DNA from: an uncultured Alphaproteobacteria bacterium
GTDB taxonomy: Bacteria; Pseudomonadota; Alphaproteobacteria; Rhizobiales; Rhodomicrobiaceae
Assembly: GCA_963773735.1 (NCBI GenBank)
Contig: CAVZCK010000028.1
Location: 1 to 64,000 of the forward strand
Direction: 5' to 3'
Length of the DNA stretch: 64,000 bases
Of this stretch, positions 19,605 to 29,790 are shown piece by piece (within the stretch, counting starts at the first letter, position 1; every line of letters begins with the position of its first letter). Below the pieces are notes generated by a model. The model was not told where the DNA came from, did not search any database, and saw nothing but the letters and a program-made list of their open reading frames with translations. The position numbers and the translations under genes are program-made.

Positions 19605-21443
19605 ATGATTGGCTTGATCATTGGCGTTCTTCTTGGCGTCGTTATCATCGTCATGGCGCCGGTTCTGCTGCCAGAACGTTTCAGGACAATAATTCCCAGC
19701 TTTGCGCTCCGGCTCTTCGGCGCTCTCGTCATTCTCTTCGCCCTGGCATCCACCTCATTCGTCTATGTGCCGGACGGCCACTCCGCCCATCTCTTCCGCG
19801 TCTATCTGGGCCGCTCGCTGCCGCCGGGCAAAATCGTGGCCACCGACGGCGAGAACGGCCCGCAGGCGCGCCTTCTCGCGCCCGGCTTCCATATCGAGCC
19901 GCTCATCAACGTGCTCTACACGGTCGATACCTCGCGGCCGGAATTCGAAGTGCAGCAAGGCAAGGTCGGTATCCTGACGGCAAAAGACGGTGCGCCCCTG
20001 CGTTTCGGCCAGACTTTCGCCGATCCTTTTCCGCCTGAGTTCGGCAACAACATGCTCGATGCGGAGCTTTTCCTGACGAAAGGCGGCCAGCGCGGACCGC
20101 AGCTCAGCATCCTCACGCCCGGCCGCTACCGGCTCAACCACTATCTCTGGAATGTCGAGCTGATCGATGCCGTCGAGGTGCCCGCCGGTTTCGTCGGTGT
20201 CGTCAAGTCCAACGTCCACGCCGCCGTCGATTTCGGCACGCTCAAGGCCGAAAAGCCCGCCAATTGCGCAACACTGGATACGGAGGAGAACCGCAGCGAG
20301 CAGCATATCGATGCGCCCGTCGTGCCGGTCGGCTGCATCGGCGTCTGGTCCAAGGCGCTGCAGCCGGGAAAATATTATCTCAACAAGAACGCCTTCACCA
20401 TCATCGACATCGACACCCGTGCGCAGGTGTGGACCTATGCGGGCGGCTATACGCGGGCGCAGATCTCGCTCACCGTCGACACCAAGGGCGAGATCGTGCA
20501 GAAGCGCACGGAAGAGGAAATCCCTCTCGACGAAAACAATGCCGATCGCGCCATCTTTCTGAAGATGGAGGGGTGGGACGTGCCTCTGGAGCTGCGCGTC
20601 GTCGCCCAGGTCGGCCCCAATGATGCAGCCTGCGTCGTCGCCGGCATCGGCACGCTGAAGCAGATCGAGGACCGGGTGCTCACCCCCTCCATCCGCGCCA
20701 TCACCCGCGATGTGGCCGGCGGCACCTATGAGGTCACGGAACCAAAGGTCGATGAGAATGGCAGGCCCGTGCTCGATGCCGACGGCAAGCCGATCATCAT
20801 CACCGTCAACCGCCCGACCAAGGTCCTCGACCTGATCAATCAGCGCCCGCTGATCGAGACCGAGATCGAGCGCCGCATCCGGCCGGAGGGACGCAAATCC
20901 TGCGTCACCATCCGCGAGGTACGGCTAGGGGAGCCCGCCATTCCGCCGGAGCTTCTGGTTGCCGTGCGCCGCGAACAGCTGGCGACGCAGCTCGCCAAGG
21001 CCTTCATCCAGGAGCAGGCCGCGCAGCAGCAGCGCGTCACCTCGGAAAAGGCGAAGGCGACAGCCGATCAGCAGACGCAGCTCGTTCAGTCTGAGATCGA
21101 GGTGCAGCGCTCGGTCCAGCTCGCCCAGGCCGCGCGCAATTCCGGTCTCGGCGAGCGCGACAAGCTCGCTGCCATCGCCGAAGGCCAGAAGAAGCAGATG
21201 GACGTGCTGGGAGTCGACGCAACGGTCAAGCTGCGCCAGTTTGAGCTGATCCTGCAATTCGCCGAGAAAAATCCCGAAGTGGTCGCGGCGATCTTCAACA
21301 ATGCGCAAAAATTCGTGCCGCAAGTGAGCGTGGGCCAGACCGGCGACAATATCAGCGGCATGCTCTCGGCGCTCCTCGGAGAAATGCTGAACCGCTCCGG
21401 CGTCCAAGCACAGCCCGTCGAACAGAATAAGGGGAACAGGTGA
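19605..21443 (+). CDS. SPFH/band-7 (flotillin-like) membrane protein with a C-terminal coiled-coil
   Basis: N-terminal TM helix and an SPFH-like core. The C-terminal Q/A/E-rich heptads (QEQAAQQQRVTSEKAKATADQQTQLVQSEIEVQRSVQLAQAAR) resemble those of flotillins. Confidence 0.5.
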   Translation: MIGLIIGVLLGVVIIVMAPVLLPERFRTIIPSFALRLFGALVILFALASTSFVYVPDGHSAHLFRVYLGRSLPPGKIVATDGENGPQARLLAPGFHIEPLINVLYTVDTSRPEFEVQQGKVGILTAKDGAPLRFGQTFADPFPPEFGNNMLDAELFLTKGGQRGPQLSILTPGRYRLNHYLWNVELIDAVEVPAGFVGVVKSNVHAAVDFGTLKAEKPANCATLDTEENRSEQHIDAPVVPVGCIGVWSKALQPGKYYLNKNAFTIIDIDTRAQVWTYAGGYTRAQISLTVDTKGEIVQKRTEEEIPLDENNADRAIFLKMEGWDVPLELRVVAQVGPNDAACVVAGIGTLKQIEDRVLTPSIRAITRDVAGGTYEVTEPKVDENGRPVLDADGKPIIITVNRPTKVLDLINQRPLIETEIERRIRPEGRKSCVTIREVRLGEPAIPPELLVAVRREQLATQLAKAFIQEQAAQQQRVTSEKAKATADQQTQLVQSEIEVQRSVQLAQAARNSGLGERDKLAAIAEGQKKQMDVLGVDATVKLRQFELILQFAEKNPEVVAAIFNNAQKFVPQVSVGQTGDNISGMLSALLGEMLNRSGVQAQPVEQNKGNR

Positions 21444-21567
21444 AGACGCCTGCTGCCGTGATCGGCCTGCAGCTCGTTCATCGGCAGATTTTTTTGACGC
21501 CTGATTTTTCGGGAATATTGGCGTCCGTCCCCGTCGCCACGGGAGCAGGTTTTTTCCCGATCGCGGT

Positions 21568-21978
21568 CTAAAAGCCGAGATGCGCCGCAACGCCTTTCAA
21601 AGGCTTGGCGCCTTGAGGCGAAAGAATGACAATTGGCGGCACATCCGGGATCGCCGGAATGCCGAGCTGTGCGAGGAGCTCTTCGGTTGCGGCACTCGGT
21701 GCCTCGATCAGGGCACTGGCGAGATCGGGTTCCGGCAGCACCCGACATTTGCCTCGCCTCGCCGCCGGGCAATTCGCCAGAGAATTCGCGCTCAGGTCAA
21801 TATCGCCGCGGCCGGACAAACGATTGGCAGAGGCCGGGATTTGCGTGATCGCGTGATCGACCGAACCGCCGGTTCTTTGAACATGCCGGCGCGGCTTTGC
21901 CGCCCAGCTCTCGGAACCGCTCGAAATCACGCCCGCCATGATCAGGATCCAGATCATGGGGTGCCGAGCGAATGTCAT
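21568..21978 (-). CDS. Hypothetical secreted protein
   Basis: 136-aa ORF with an N-terminal signal-like hydrophobic segment (MIWILIMAGVISSGSESWA) and no recognisable domain. Confidence 0.3.
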   Translation of the reverse strand: MTFARHPMIWILIMAGVISSGSESWAAKPRRHVQRTGGSVDHAITQIPASANRLSGRGDIDLSANSLANCPAARRGKCRVLPEPDLASALIEAPSAATEELLAQLGIPAIPDVPPIVILSPQGAKPLKGVAAHLGF

Positions 21979-22040
21979 CCTTGCACTCCGTTAACGCAGC
22001 CGACCTCCTCTATCAGGCAGCGACCGCGTTGCGGAGGAGG

Positions 22041-22676
22041 CTAGAACTGCGTGACGGTCACTCCGCCGCCCGAGCCGAACTGCTCGACCATAAGGCCGCT
22101 CGCAGCGCCTGATTGCTCGATCGACCAGTGATTATTATCGCCGAACTGATTAAGGATCGCTTGCTGCCCGCTGTCGGATTGTGTGATTTCTCCGCTGTTG
22201 CCATTGCCATCCTGGAGAATATCGGCTTGCTGACCGCTACCGGTCTGATCGACCTTGGCGCTGTTTCCATTGCCTGTCTGCGTGATGGACGCGGCGTTCT
22301 TGTCGCCGAGGCCGGCGGCAACGAATTCCTGCTTGATCGTCGCCGCGTTGTCATGGCCTTGCTGAAGAATTGCCGCAACATTCGCGCCAGCTTCGCCGGT
22401 CTGAACGATGGAAGCGGTATCGGCCGAACCGAACTGCGTAATATCCGCCTGATTGTCGATTGACACGCCCTCTTGCGAAATTTCGGCGCTGTCACCTTCG
22501 CCGTTTTGTTTAATCGACGCCCGATTGTCCGCGCCCGAGCCGCCTTGATCCACATTCGCCATTTGATCAGCGCCAATCTGCTCGATTGAAACGGCATTGT
22601 GAGAGGAGTCGGCCATAGCGCTGTGACCAGGCGCAAGGGCAAACGTCGTTAAAAATGCGAAAAGGAAAATCTTCAT
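22041..22676 (-). CDS. Curlin-repeat amyloid subunit (CsgA/CsgB-like)
   Basis: Signal peptide MKIFLFAFLTTFALAPGHSAMA, then tandem curlin repeats with the Q-x-G-x-x-N-x-A-x3-Q register (e.g. NSAKVDQTGSGQQADILQDGNGNSGEITQ). The protein ends ...GGGVTVTQF. Confidence 0.8.
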   Translation of the reverse strand: MKIFLFAFLTTFALAPGHSAMADSSHNAVSIEQIGADQMANVDQGGSGADNRASIKQNGEGDSAEISQEGVSIDNQADITQFGSADTASIVQTGEAGANVAAILQQGHDNAATIKQEFVAAGLGDKNAASITQTGNGNSAKVDQTGSGQQADILQDGNGNSGEITQSDSGQQAILNQFGDNNHWSIEQSGAASGLMVEQFGSGGGVTVTQF

Positions 22677-22760
22677 GGACGAGCCCGCAGCTTGCGATTG
22701 CATCTATCAAACCGAGCGCAACTGGGGGCAGCCGCAAATGGCTGCCCCTGAATGGCGCGC

Positions 22761-23280
22761 TTAGTTCTGCGTGACGGTTGCGGTAAGTCCGCCGCCGCTT
22801 TGAGTCACGGCTAGAGGCGTTGATGTTGCCCGTACCGCCTTGGGAGATAGTGGCGGTATTCAACGTTCCTGTGCCGAACTGCGTGACATCGGAGGTGTTG
22901 GTGTTTCCAGTGCCGTTCTGCAGGACCTCGGTGTCGTTGTTAACGCCGCTCTGAGTGACGTTGAGCAAATTCACCGTACCCGCAGCGCCATGCTGGTCCG
23001 CATTGACCAGTTGGTCGGTATCGTCCTGGGTGATGTTCGCGGTGTTAGTCGTGCTGTCGCCGCCCTGATGAATCGTGGCGTTCAGATTGGTGCCGGGGAC
23101 GTTAAGTCCCTGGTCGATTGTCACCGAGCTGGTGTTGCCGCTGCCGTCCTGCGTCACAGCCGCGGACATTCCCGTACCGATCTGGGCGATACTGGACGAG
23201 TTGTTATTGCTGTCCGCCAATACTGGAAATGACACAAGCAATGCAAAAGCAGAAGCAACGACAAATGAGCTTTTTTTCAT
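22761..23280 (-). CDS. Second curlin-repeat amyloid subunit with a 1-bp indel near 22806-22812
   Basis: MKKSSFVVASAFALLVSFPVLA signal peptide and curlin-like repeats (SIAQIGTGMSAAVTQDGSGNTSSVTIDQ...). After a one-base shift the C-terminus reads AVTQSGGGLTATVTQN*, which parallels the end of gene 1. Confidence 0.7.
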
Positions 23281-23588
23281 CTTTTTCTCCAAATGTTGAG
23301 ATATAACACAAACTATACACTTTGTATTATGGGGCTTATGAGCCCCATTGGTTTGAGAGGCAGAACGCCATCCGGCTTCAGTGCCGGAACGCTCCGACTC
23401 TCCTTTCATCGCCCTGAGGCGAGAAACCGCGTGAGAATGAACGTCGCCGACTGCTCCCTTCAAAGATCTCATTCCGGTCCGGCGCATGCAGTTCATGTCA
23501 TCGGCTGGTGTTTGTGTGCACGAACCTTTCCTCGACTTGCGCGACGGACGTTTTCCATCGGTTGGCTGCGGTGGGACGATCATCGGTG

Positions 23589-24770
23589 CTAGCTACTCCG
23601 CCGTATCGCCGGCGGCCGTTCGGGCATCGGCGGTAGCGTCGTAAGCGACGTCTTCCAGCGCGCGGCTTTTGCATCGGTTTGCTCGGAACCCGCTGATAGC
23701 GTCGCCGTCACCGTGGCGGCGCTATCGCCTGATGCGCGAGCCGACCGCTCAACGCTGGCTGGGGTTTTTTCCGGCAGCGCGGCGGTTACCGATGCCTTCG
23801 CCGGCGGCTGGGCTGCCGAGGCCGTTTTCGTCTCCTGACGCGGCGCAGAGCCCGCTCCGGTCACCGCCGTTTTTTCCGCCGCCGCGACATCCTCGACGTC
23901 ATACTCCTCCGCTCTGTATTTATCGATCAGCCGGGTTTGCGCCCTCTTATCCGCGAAGGACCAGATATCGAGTGCCGCGCCTTCGACGACCATGGCGTAG
24001 ACGGCTTTCTCGATGGCTTGCTGGACTGCAAGCTGATCGGGTTCGTTTCTTGTAAAGCCGACTGTGCCCTCTAGAATTTTGTCGACGGCTATGTATTTGA
24101 AGACATCTCCCTGCAGGGCGACCGACGCGATCGTCTTGTGGGTCGTCACCGACGCCAGCACCTGGCCGGTCTTGGTGCTGACCGCCCGGAGATAGATCGT
24201 AATCGTATCCAGCCGGTAGTTGACGTTGGCGCCGATGCCCAGCAGCCGGGCGCCGATGCCTCCGGTCTGGAGATTCGAGTCATAACCGATGATACCGCCT
24301 TCAAAGATGATCCCGGCGAACAGGAGGGGCGGCAGCGCTTTCGGGTTGATCTTCTTTTCCCCGAGATACAGCATGCGCATCTGCGTGACGATATTGCGCT
24401 CTTTGAGAAGGTTATCGATCCTCTCGCGCTCGACGACGGTGAACCAACTGCCCTGCCCGACATCCTGCAACGCCTTCACCAGCACCGAGGCCGCCCCTTG
24501 CGTCACCGCCTTGGATAGCGTCTGCACCGTATCGATGGGTTTGAACTGCCCTGTCTGGTCGGTATAGTTATAGACGGCAACGACCACTTTTGCCGAAGGC
24601 GGCGGAAGATCCCTCAAACTCTGATTGATCTCCGTGATCGGATTCATGACCGGCGGGAGTAGACCCGGGGAAAGCTGTTCCTCGGCGACCTCCTTGGCGC
24701 AACCCGCAAGCGCCAAAGAAAGCAGCGCGACGGCTGCGCCCATGCGCCCAAGCTTAGCGATCTCGTGCAT
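23589..24770 (-). CDS. csgG: Curli production assembly/transport lipoprotein CsgG with a roughly 110-aa Ala/Thr/Ser/Pro-rich C-terminal extension
   Basis: Lipobox LAGC, and core similarity to CsgG (VAVYNYTDQTGQFKP...GGIIGYDSNLQTGGIGARLLGIGANVNYRLDTITIYLRAVSTKTGQVL...EGTVGFTRNEP). The ORF is 393 aa, against about 277 aa in E. coli. Confidence 0.85.
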   Translation of the reverse strand: MHEIAKLGRMGAAVALLSLALAGCAKEVAEEQLSPGLLPPVMNPITEINQSLRDLPPPSAKVVVAVYNYTDQTGQFKPIDTVQTLSKAVTQGAASVLVKALQDVGQGSWFTVVERERIDNLLKERNIVTQMRMLYLGEKKINPKALPPLLFAGIIFEGGIIGYDSNLQTGGIGARLLGIGANVNYRLDTITIYLRAVSTKTGQVLASVTTHKTIASVALQGDVFKYIAVDKILEGTVGFTRNEPDQLAVQQAIEKAVYAMVVEGAALDIWSFADKRAQTRLIDKYRAEEYDVEDVAAAEKTAVTGAGSAPRQETKTASAAQPPAKASVTAALPEKTPASVERSARASGDSAATVTATLSAGSEQTDAKAARWKTSLTTLPPMPERPPAIRRSS

Positions 24771-24877
24771 TACTGGCTTGCCCCTTCAGGCCTTGAACGC
24801 CTTTGAACCGCTGACTGCGAGAAAACATAGCCCCTCCGCAAAAGCGGAGCGCAGGCAAAGGAAGGATGTCCAAATAA

Positions 24878-25289
24878 CTATGGCGTTAGAGTCGGGATAA
24901 CGATGTTCGTGATCTTTCCGGTGGAGAAATCGGTCACGGTGAGCTGGATCTCGGTGCCGGTATTGAGGAAGGAGACCTGCTGATTGTCGAAAAGAATCGT
25001 GCCACTCGGCTGCGCGTTGTCGCCAAAAATCGCATTTGCGACTTCCGAAGCAAGAACTCGAATACAGACGTGACTCCAGCATGCTGAGAAATCGCTCTGT
25101 GTTCGTCTGCGTTGTTGAACTCTTGGGTTTGTTGAACTGGTTCTGGCTATTGGCAAGGCCCATAAGATGGCTGGAATTGAAAGGGTCGCCACCGAATGAA
25201 GGGTCAATCGGCTTATAAATAAGATCCGCTGAAGCCTGATTGCAAAAGAAGAGCGCAGCCATGCCAGTAAAAATATATGCTTTGTTCAT
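24878..25289 (-). CDS. csgF: Curli assembly protein CsgF with one frameshift near 25080-25100
   Basis: The N-terminus MNKAYIFTGMAALFFCNQASADLIYKPIDPSFGGDPFNSSHLMGLANSQNQF parallels the E. coli CsgF region [28 protein letters not shown]. The C-terminus (...GTEIQLTVTDFSTGKITNIV) is in a second frame. Confidence 0.65.
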
Positions 25290-25590
25290 CTTAAAATCCA
25301 GCAGCCAGTAATGGCATATCAATGGCTTGCATCTCATCACACCAGAAATTCAAGCAGATGACGAAGCTTAATTTTTGAAAATTTCGGTGATATTATGCGA
25401 TGCTCAACCTGAAATCTGATGACAATGTGACGAAATCCTACCAAGTCAAGATAACGTCGACCTAATGGACCTTACCGCTATCAGCCGGCCAAGCGGTGGT
25501 CAATTGCAACCTTTGCGATCATTAACACATAAATAACGATCTGTGGTTGTTTTGCATCAGTGCGGTCCCAGCTCGGGGCGCCCGTCGCTG

Positions 25591-25968
25591 CTACACATTG
25601 GCCATCAGAATGAAAAGCATGATGATCAGCACGTTCATTTGCTCGGAGACGGAGGCGTAGCCGAGCGGAATGCGCTGCCGGCGCCCTTTCTCGGTCCTGG
25701 AGACAGGCTCGCGGGGCAGCGCGGCGCCCAAAGCAGGGCGGCCTCTCACCCATCGCCACACGATGGCGAGGCCGTATCGGGCGTAGCGAAGCAGCGCGAG
25801 CGAGCCGAGGCTGAAGCTGCGATAGCGCAACACGAAGCCAAGCCAGACCGCGATGCAGACCCAAAGCAGGGTCGAGAGCAGGTCCCGGAGCACGAACCAG
25901 ATGAGGCCCCAGAGAATGCCGAGGATGAAACTGACGATCGTCCAAAGGATCGAGAAGACGTCGGCCAT
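25591..25968 (-). CDS. Small hypothetical membrane protein
   Basis: MADVFSILWTIVSFILGILWGLIWFVLRDLLSTLLWVCIAVWLGFVL... gives about three TM helices. It lies upstream of the curli operon. Confidence 0.4.
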   Translation of the reverse strand: MADVFSILWTIVSFILGILWGLIWFVLRDLLSTLLWVCIAVWLGFVLRYRSFSLGSLALLRYARYGLAIVWRWVRGRPALGAALPREPVSRTEKGRRQRIPLGYASVSEQMNVLIIMLFILMANV

Positions 25969-26089
25969 AGGCGCCCCTCCGTAGGGCAAAGAGGCTTGCC
26001 GCACCGCCACCCGCCTTTACAGGCAAATCTCCGAAATTCTAGGCCTTGCCGGGAATTGGCAACCGCCCGCCACGGCGCGCGGTTCCATC

Positions 26090-28327
26090 CTAGCGCGGAT
26101 CGGCGTGAACCCCGCCATCGATCGCTTTAGGGGCGCTGGAGGCTTGCACATATGGAACGATCATCGCTTCGAGGCGGGCGAGACTTTCCGGATCGGAAAG
26201 CAGAGCGGCCTTTTCGTTCGGCTTCAGGAGCCGCAGCAATTCCGGAAGATCGGCGGATATTTCGAGCTTTGCCCGGCCCACGGCAAGGCTCGGGGAAATA
26301 CGCGCCTCGCGCGTGACCGGCTGAAGCTCGATGAGCTGACGATGCAGATGGCGAAGCTGCGGATCGCGCGCAAGCTGCGAGATCGCCTCATGCTTGGAGA
26401 AGTCCCGCGCGAGCAGTTCGGCGTGGCGGCGCGCGGAAACACTGATCGCGGGCGGGTGCCGTTCCTCGGGAATGACGAAGACCCCTGCGCTTTTGAAGCG
26501 TTCGCCCCATTTGCGGGTCGCCGACGCCGCCGAGAGCGGGCCGGAGAAAGCAAGGCCAAGTGTCGCCGGAAGCAGCCAGAGGAAGAGCGGTAGAGACATT
26601 GAAAAGGTGAAGATTCCCAGTCCGATGCCGAGCGTCATGTGCAGGAGGTGGTAGCGCATGACCCAGCTCACCGGCAGCGAGCCGTCGTCGCGCCTCTGTG
26701 GATTCCAGCCGCTGTCCCGGCCGCGAATGATGTCGAAGATGGCGGCGGACTGCACGATCATCATCACATGGGCGACGAGAGACGACAGGATCGTCTCCAT
26801 GATCACGCTTGTGGTCAGACCCCAGACGCCGCCAAAGCCGCGCCGCTTCTCACCATTGAAGAGCGCCACGAGAAGGCTGAACAGCTTCGGCAGCAGGAGC
26901 AGCGCCAATGTCCAGAACAACAGGCTGAGCGCGCGTTCGCTGTCCTGCATCGGCCAGGTGGGGAACAGCGTCTGATCGCCGCCGAAATAGATCGGCTTGG
27001 CGGTAAGCTGCTGAACCGTCAGGATCAGTGCGGTGGCGAGAAAGATCAGCCAGATCAGCGCCGAGACATAGGCCATGATCCCCATGGCGAGATGCACCCG
27101 GCTCATCGGACGCAGCCCTTTCGCGCCGATAACCATGCTGTGCTGCAGATTGCCCTGGCACCAGCGCCGGTCCCGCGTGGCGAAGTCGATCAGGCTCGGC
27201 GGGGTTTCCTCATAAGAGCCTTTCAATTCGGGCGCCATGCAGACGCGCCAGCCGGCCCGGCACATCAGCGCGGCCTCGACAAAGTCATGGCTGAGAATCT
27301 GGCCGCCGAAAGGCGGTGAGCCGGGAAGCAGCGGAAGTCCGGCCGATTCCGTGAAGGCGTGCACGCGGATGATGGCGTTGTGGCCCCAGAAATTACCCGT
27401 CCCGCGATGCCAGAAGGCCAGGCCGGTCGCCATGACCGGGCCGTAGACGCCGCCGGCGAATTGCTGCATCCGGGCAAACAGCGTGTTGCGTCCGATGGTA
27501 ACCGGAACGGTCTGGATCAGCCCGGCATCCGGCATCCGGTCCATGCAATGGGCAAGCTTCACCAGCGAGGTGCCGGTCATCAGGCTGTCGGCATCGAGGA
27601 CGACCATATAGTCATAGGCGGGGCCCCAGCGTCGGCACCAATCGGCGATATTGCCGGCCTTCTTGCCGGTGTTCATCGCCCGCCTGCGGTAATAGAGACG
27701 CGGGCCCGGGCCCGGTCGCGAACGGGCCGCGTTGAAGGCGGCCTCCTCATGCACCCAGATATCCGGATCGGTGGTGTCGGAGAGGATGAAGACGTCGAAG
27801 CTTTCGCCGTGTCCGGACGCCTCCAGCTCCTTCATGGTGGCGAGCGCCATGCCGAAAATGCGTTCGGGCGCCTCATTATAGGTGGCGACAAGGATCGCGG
27901 TGCGGCCTTCGGGAAGGGCCGCCGCCTCCTCATCGGTCGGGATCGGCACGATCGACTTCTTGAGCCCGAGCGCGTAGACGAGAAAGCCGGAAAACGCGGT
28001 CATGAAGGAGAGCGACAGCCAGGCGATGTTGACCACGAAAAGTCCGATCAGCACCAGTTCCAGCTCGGCATAGCCGCCAACGGCAAAGACCAGGCACAAT
28101 TCACGCGTGAGATAGGCGGTCAGCAGCGCCGTTCCGGAAAAAACGAAGATGCGCCGAAACACGGCCCGTCTGTCCAGGCGGACATTGCGCCGGTTTGCCC
28201 GGTCGAAGCGCCATAAATCCTGCTGAGGAAATTTCTCAGCGGAATTTTCGACCGGTAGGGGCGCCTCGAATGCCGTGTTAGCGTCCTGCATCGGGTTGAG
28301 CCTTAAGTTGTCCAGCGATAAATCCAA
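26090..28327 (-). CDS. opgH: Glucans biosynthesis glucosyltransferase H (OpgH/MdoH)
   Basis: 745 aa with a GT2 domain between TM bundles (VVLDADSLMTG...HDFVEAAL...RWCQGNLQH). It is intact. Confidence 0.9.
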   Translation of the reverse strand: MDLSLDNLRLNPMQDANTAFEAPLPVENSAEKFPQQDLWRFDRANRRNVRLDRRAVFRRIFVFSGTALLTAYLTRELCLVFAVGGYAELELVLIGLFVVNIAWLSLSFMTAFSGFLVYALGLKKSIVPIPTDEEAAALPEGRTAILVATYNEAPERIFGMALATMKELEASGHGESFDVFILSDTTDPDIWVHEEAAFNAARSRPGPGPRLYYRRRAMNTGKKAGNIADWCRRWGPAYDYMVVLDADSLMTGTSLVKLAHCMDRMPDAGLIQTVPVTIGRNTLFARMQQFAGGVYGPVMATGLAFWHRGTGNFWGHNAIIRVHAFTESAGLPLLPGSPPFGGQILSHDFVEAALMCRAGWRVCMAPELKGSYEETPPSLIDFATRDRRWCQGNLQHSMVIGAKGLRPMSRVHLAMGIMAYVSALIWLIFLATALILTVQQLTAKPIYFGGDQTLFPTWPMQDSERALSLLFWTLALLLLPKLFSLLVALFNGEKRRGFGGVWGLTTSVIMETILSSLVAHVMMIVQSAAIFDIIRGRDSGWNPQRRDDGSLPVSWVMRYHLLHMTLGIGLGIFTFSMSLPLFLWLLPATLGLAFSGPLSAASATRKWGERFKSAGVFVIPEERHPPAISVSARRHAELLARDFSKHEAISQLARDPQLRHLHRQLIELQPVTREARISPSLAVGRAKLEISADLPELLRLLKPNEKAALLSDPESLARLEAMIVPYVQASSAPKAIDGGVHADPR

Positions 28328-29790
28328 GTTTCGGAAATCCCTTGACCGCTTTGCCGTAGCTCACAGCGGAGATCCGTCTGCTCAACCCTCCCAGGCTTGA
28401 ATTCAAAGGTAACGCGCTGTCCCCCGGTCGCCGGATTTTGCCGGACGACGACATTTCGTATTTCGCCGTCGCCAGTGCGCACGTCTGCAGTAAACGGCAA
28501 CAAATTACATCCATTACATGAACTGCCGATGACGAAATCAATAACAAAGAACCTGACACTTGGATCCGCCATTGCCCCAACGCGCGTCTGCACGGCGTAA
28601 GCTTTCGTGCTGCGCACCGGGGGCTCCCAGCCCCAATGAAGCCGATAATGGAAGTAGTGGCTTGCGATCTCTGCCAAGGGCGATTTCGGACGCCAGAATA
28701 CGATGATATTATCATAAATCTCGCTGCGGCTAGGAACTTCGATGAGGTCGACCGCGCCTTCTCCCCAATCTCCGACCGGCTCCACCCAGACCGTCGGCCT
28801 ATCGCCGAAACGCGCGTCGATATCCTCATAATCACTGAAGGCCCGCTTGCGCTGCAATAGCCCGAAGCCCTTGGGCCCTTTGTCAACGAAAACGGAATAT
28901 TGCAGGCGTTCGGGATTGATCAGCGGGCGCCAGATCCACTCTCCGGTTCCGTTCCAGATTTGCAGGCCCTCTGAGGAATGAACATTGGGCCGGTAGTCGT
29001 CGAGCCGGGTCGCATCGGCGGTGCCGAAATAGTACATGCTGGTCAGCGGCGCGATGCCGACATGGGTGATGGGCTTGCGCGGAAAAAGCGTGAACTCGAC
29101 GTCCATCACCGTAGAGCGGCCGGGCTCGACGCGGAACTTATAGGCCCCGGTCAGGCTCGGGCCGTCAAGCAGCGCATAGATCATAAGCTGACGGTCGCCG
29201 GGACCGGGCTTGCTGATCCAAAAGCCGCGGAAAAACGGAAACTCTTCGCCGGAGGCCTGAGCCGTATTGATGCCGATGCCTCGTGCAGAGACGCCGAACG
29301 CCTGGCCGGATGCAATCGCGCGAAAATAGCTTGCGCCCTGAAAGATAAGGAACGGGTCCTTCGCGTCGGGGCGGTTGATCGGCGCATAGACACGGAGACC
29401 GGAAAAACCGGATTGCGAGTCGGCGGGTGGAACAGTGAGGGGCGCGCCAAAATTGAACAGCGACGGTGAATAGGGAAACGGCCGGATCATACCGCCGTCG
29501 ATCAGATTGATTTCAACGGGGATCTTGTATTGGAAGCCGGTGTGGAAAAATTGCAGCTCGAAAATGCCCGGACCGTCTTTCCAAACCGCTGCCTCCGGCT
29601 TGAACCGGATTGCACGGTAGCGCTCTTGATCGAGATCGGCCAATTCCGGAGGAAGCTTAAGCTCAGGCTGCTTGAAAGGCTGACGGGCCAGATTCTCAGC
29701 TTTGCTGAATAGCCATTGCTCGGAGAACGCAACGTCACCGCCGGCAGGGGCCGCAGCCTTGGCCTGCGATGCGTCGGGCTGTTGGGCCAC
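28303..29790 (-). CDS. opgG: Periplasmic glucan biosynthesis protein OpgG/OpgD family; start codon unresolved
   Basis: Strong OpgG/OpgD-family similarity over 495 aa. An in-frame Tat-like motif RRNFIKLAGAYSLASS extends upstream to about 29860 with no ATG/GTG/TTG start. An ATA at 29854-29856 has an AGGCCGAGG Shine-Dalgarno-like sequence ahead of it. Confidence 0.8.
   Translation of the reverse strand: MAQQPDASQAKAAAPAGGDVAFSEQWLFSKAENLARQPFKQPELKLPPELADLDQERYRAIRFKPEAAVWKDGPGIFELQFFHTGFQYKIPVEINLIDGGMIRPFPYSPSLFNFGAPLTVPPADSQSGFSGLRVYAPINRPDAKDPFLIFQGASYFRAIASGQAFGVSARGIGINTAQASGEEFPFFRGFWISKPGPGDRQLMIYALLDGPSLTGAYKFRVEPGRSTVMDVEFTLFPRKPITHVGIAPLTSMYYFGTADATRLDDYRPNVHSSEGLQIWNGTGEWIWRPLINPERLQYSVFVDKGPKGFGLLQRKRAFSDYEDIDARFGDRPTVWVEPVGDWGEGAVDLIEVPSRSEIYDNIIVFWRPKSPLAEIASHYFHYRLHWGWEPPVRSTKAYAVQTRVGAMADPSVRFFVIDFVIGSSCNGCNLLPFTADVRTGDGEIRNVVVRQNPATGGQRVTFEFKPGRVEQTDLRCELRQSGQGISETWIYRWTT

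Noticed and set aside
21990-22040. Hairpin CCTCCTC...GAGGAGG downstream of the curlin gene as an intrinsic terminator
   Set aside because: A stem is present, but no U-tract follows on the transcribed (minus) strand. It is too weak to annotate.
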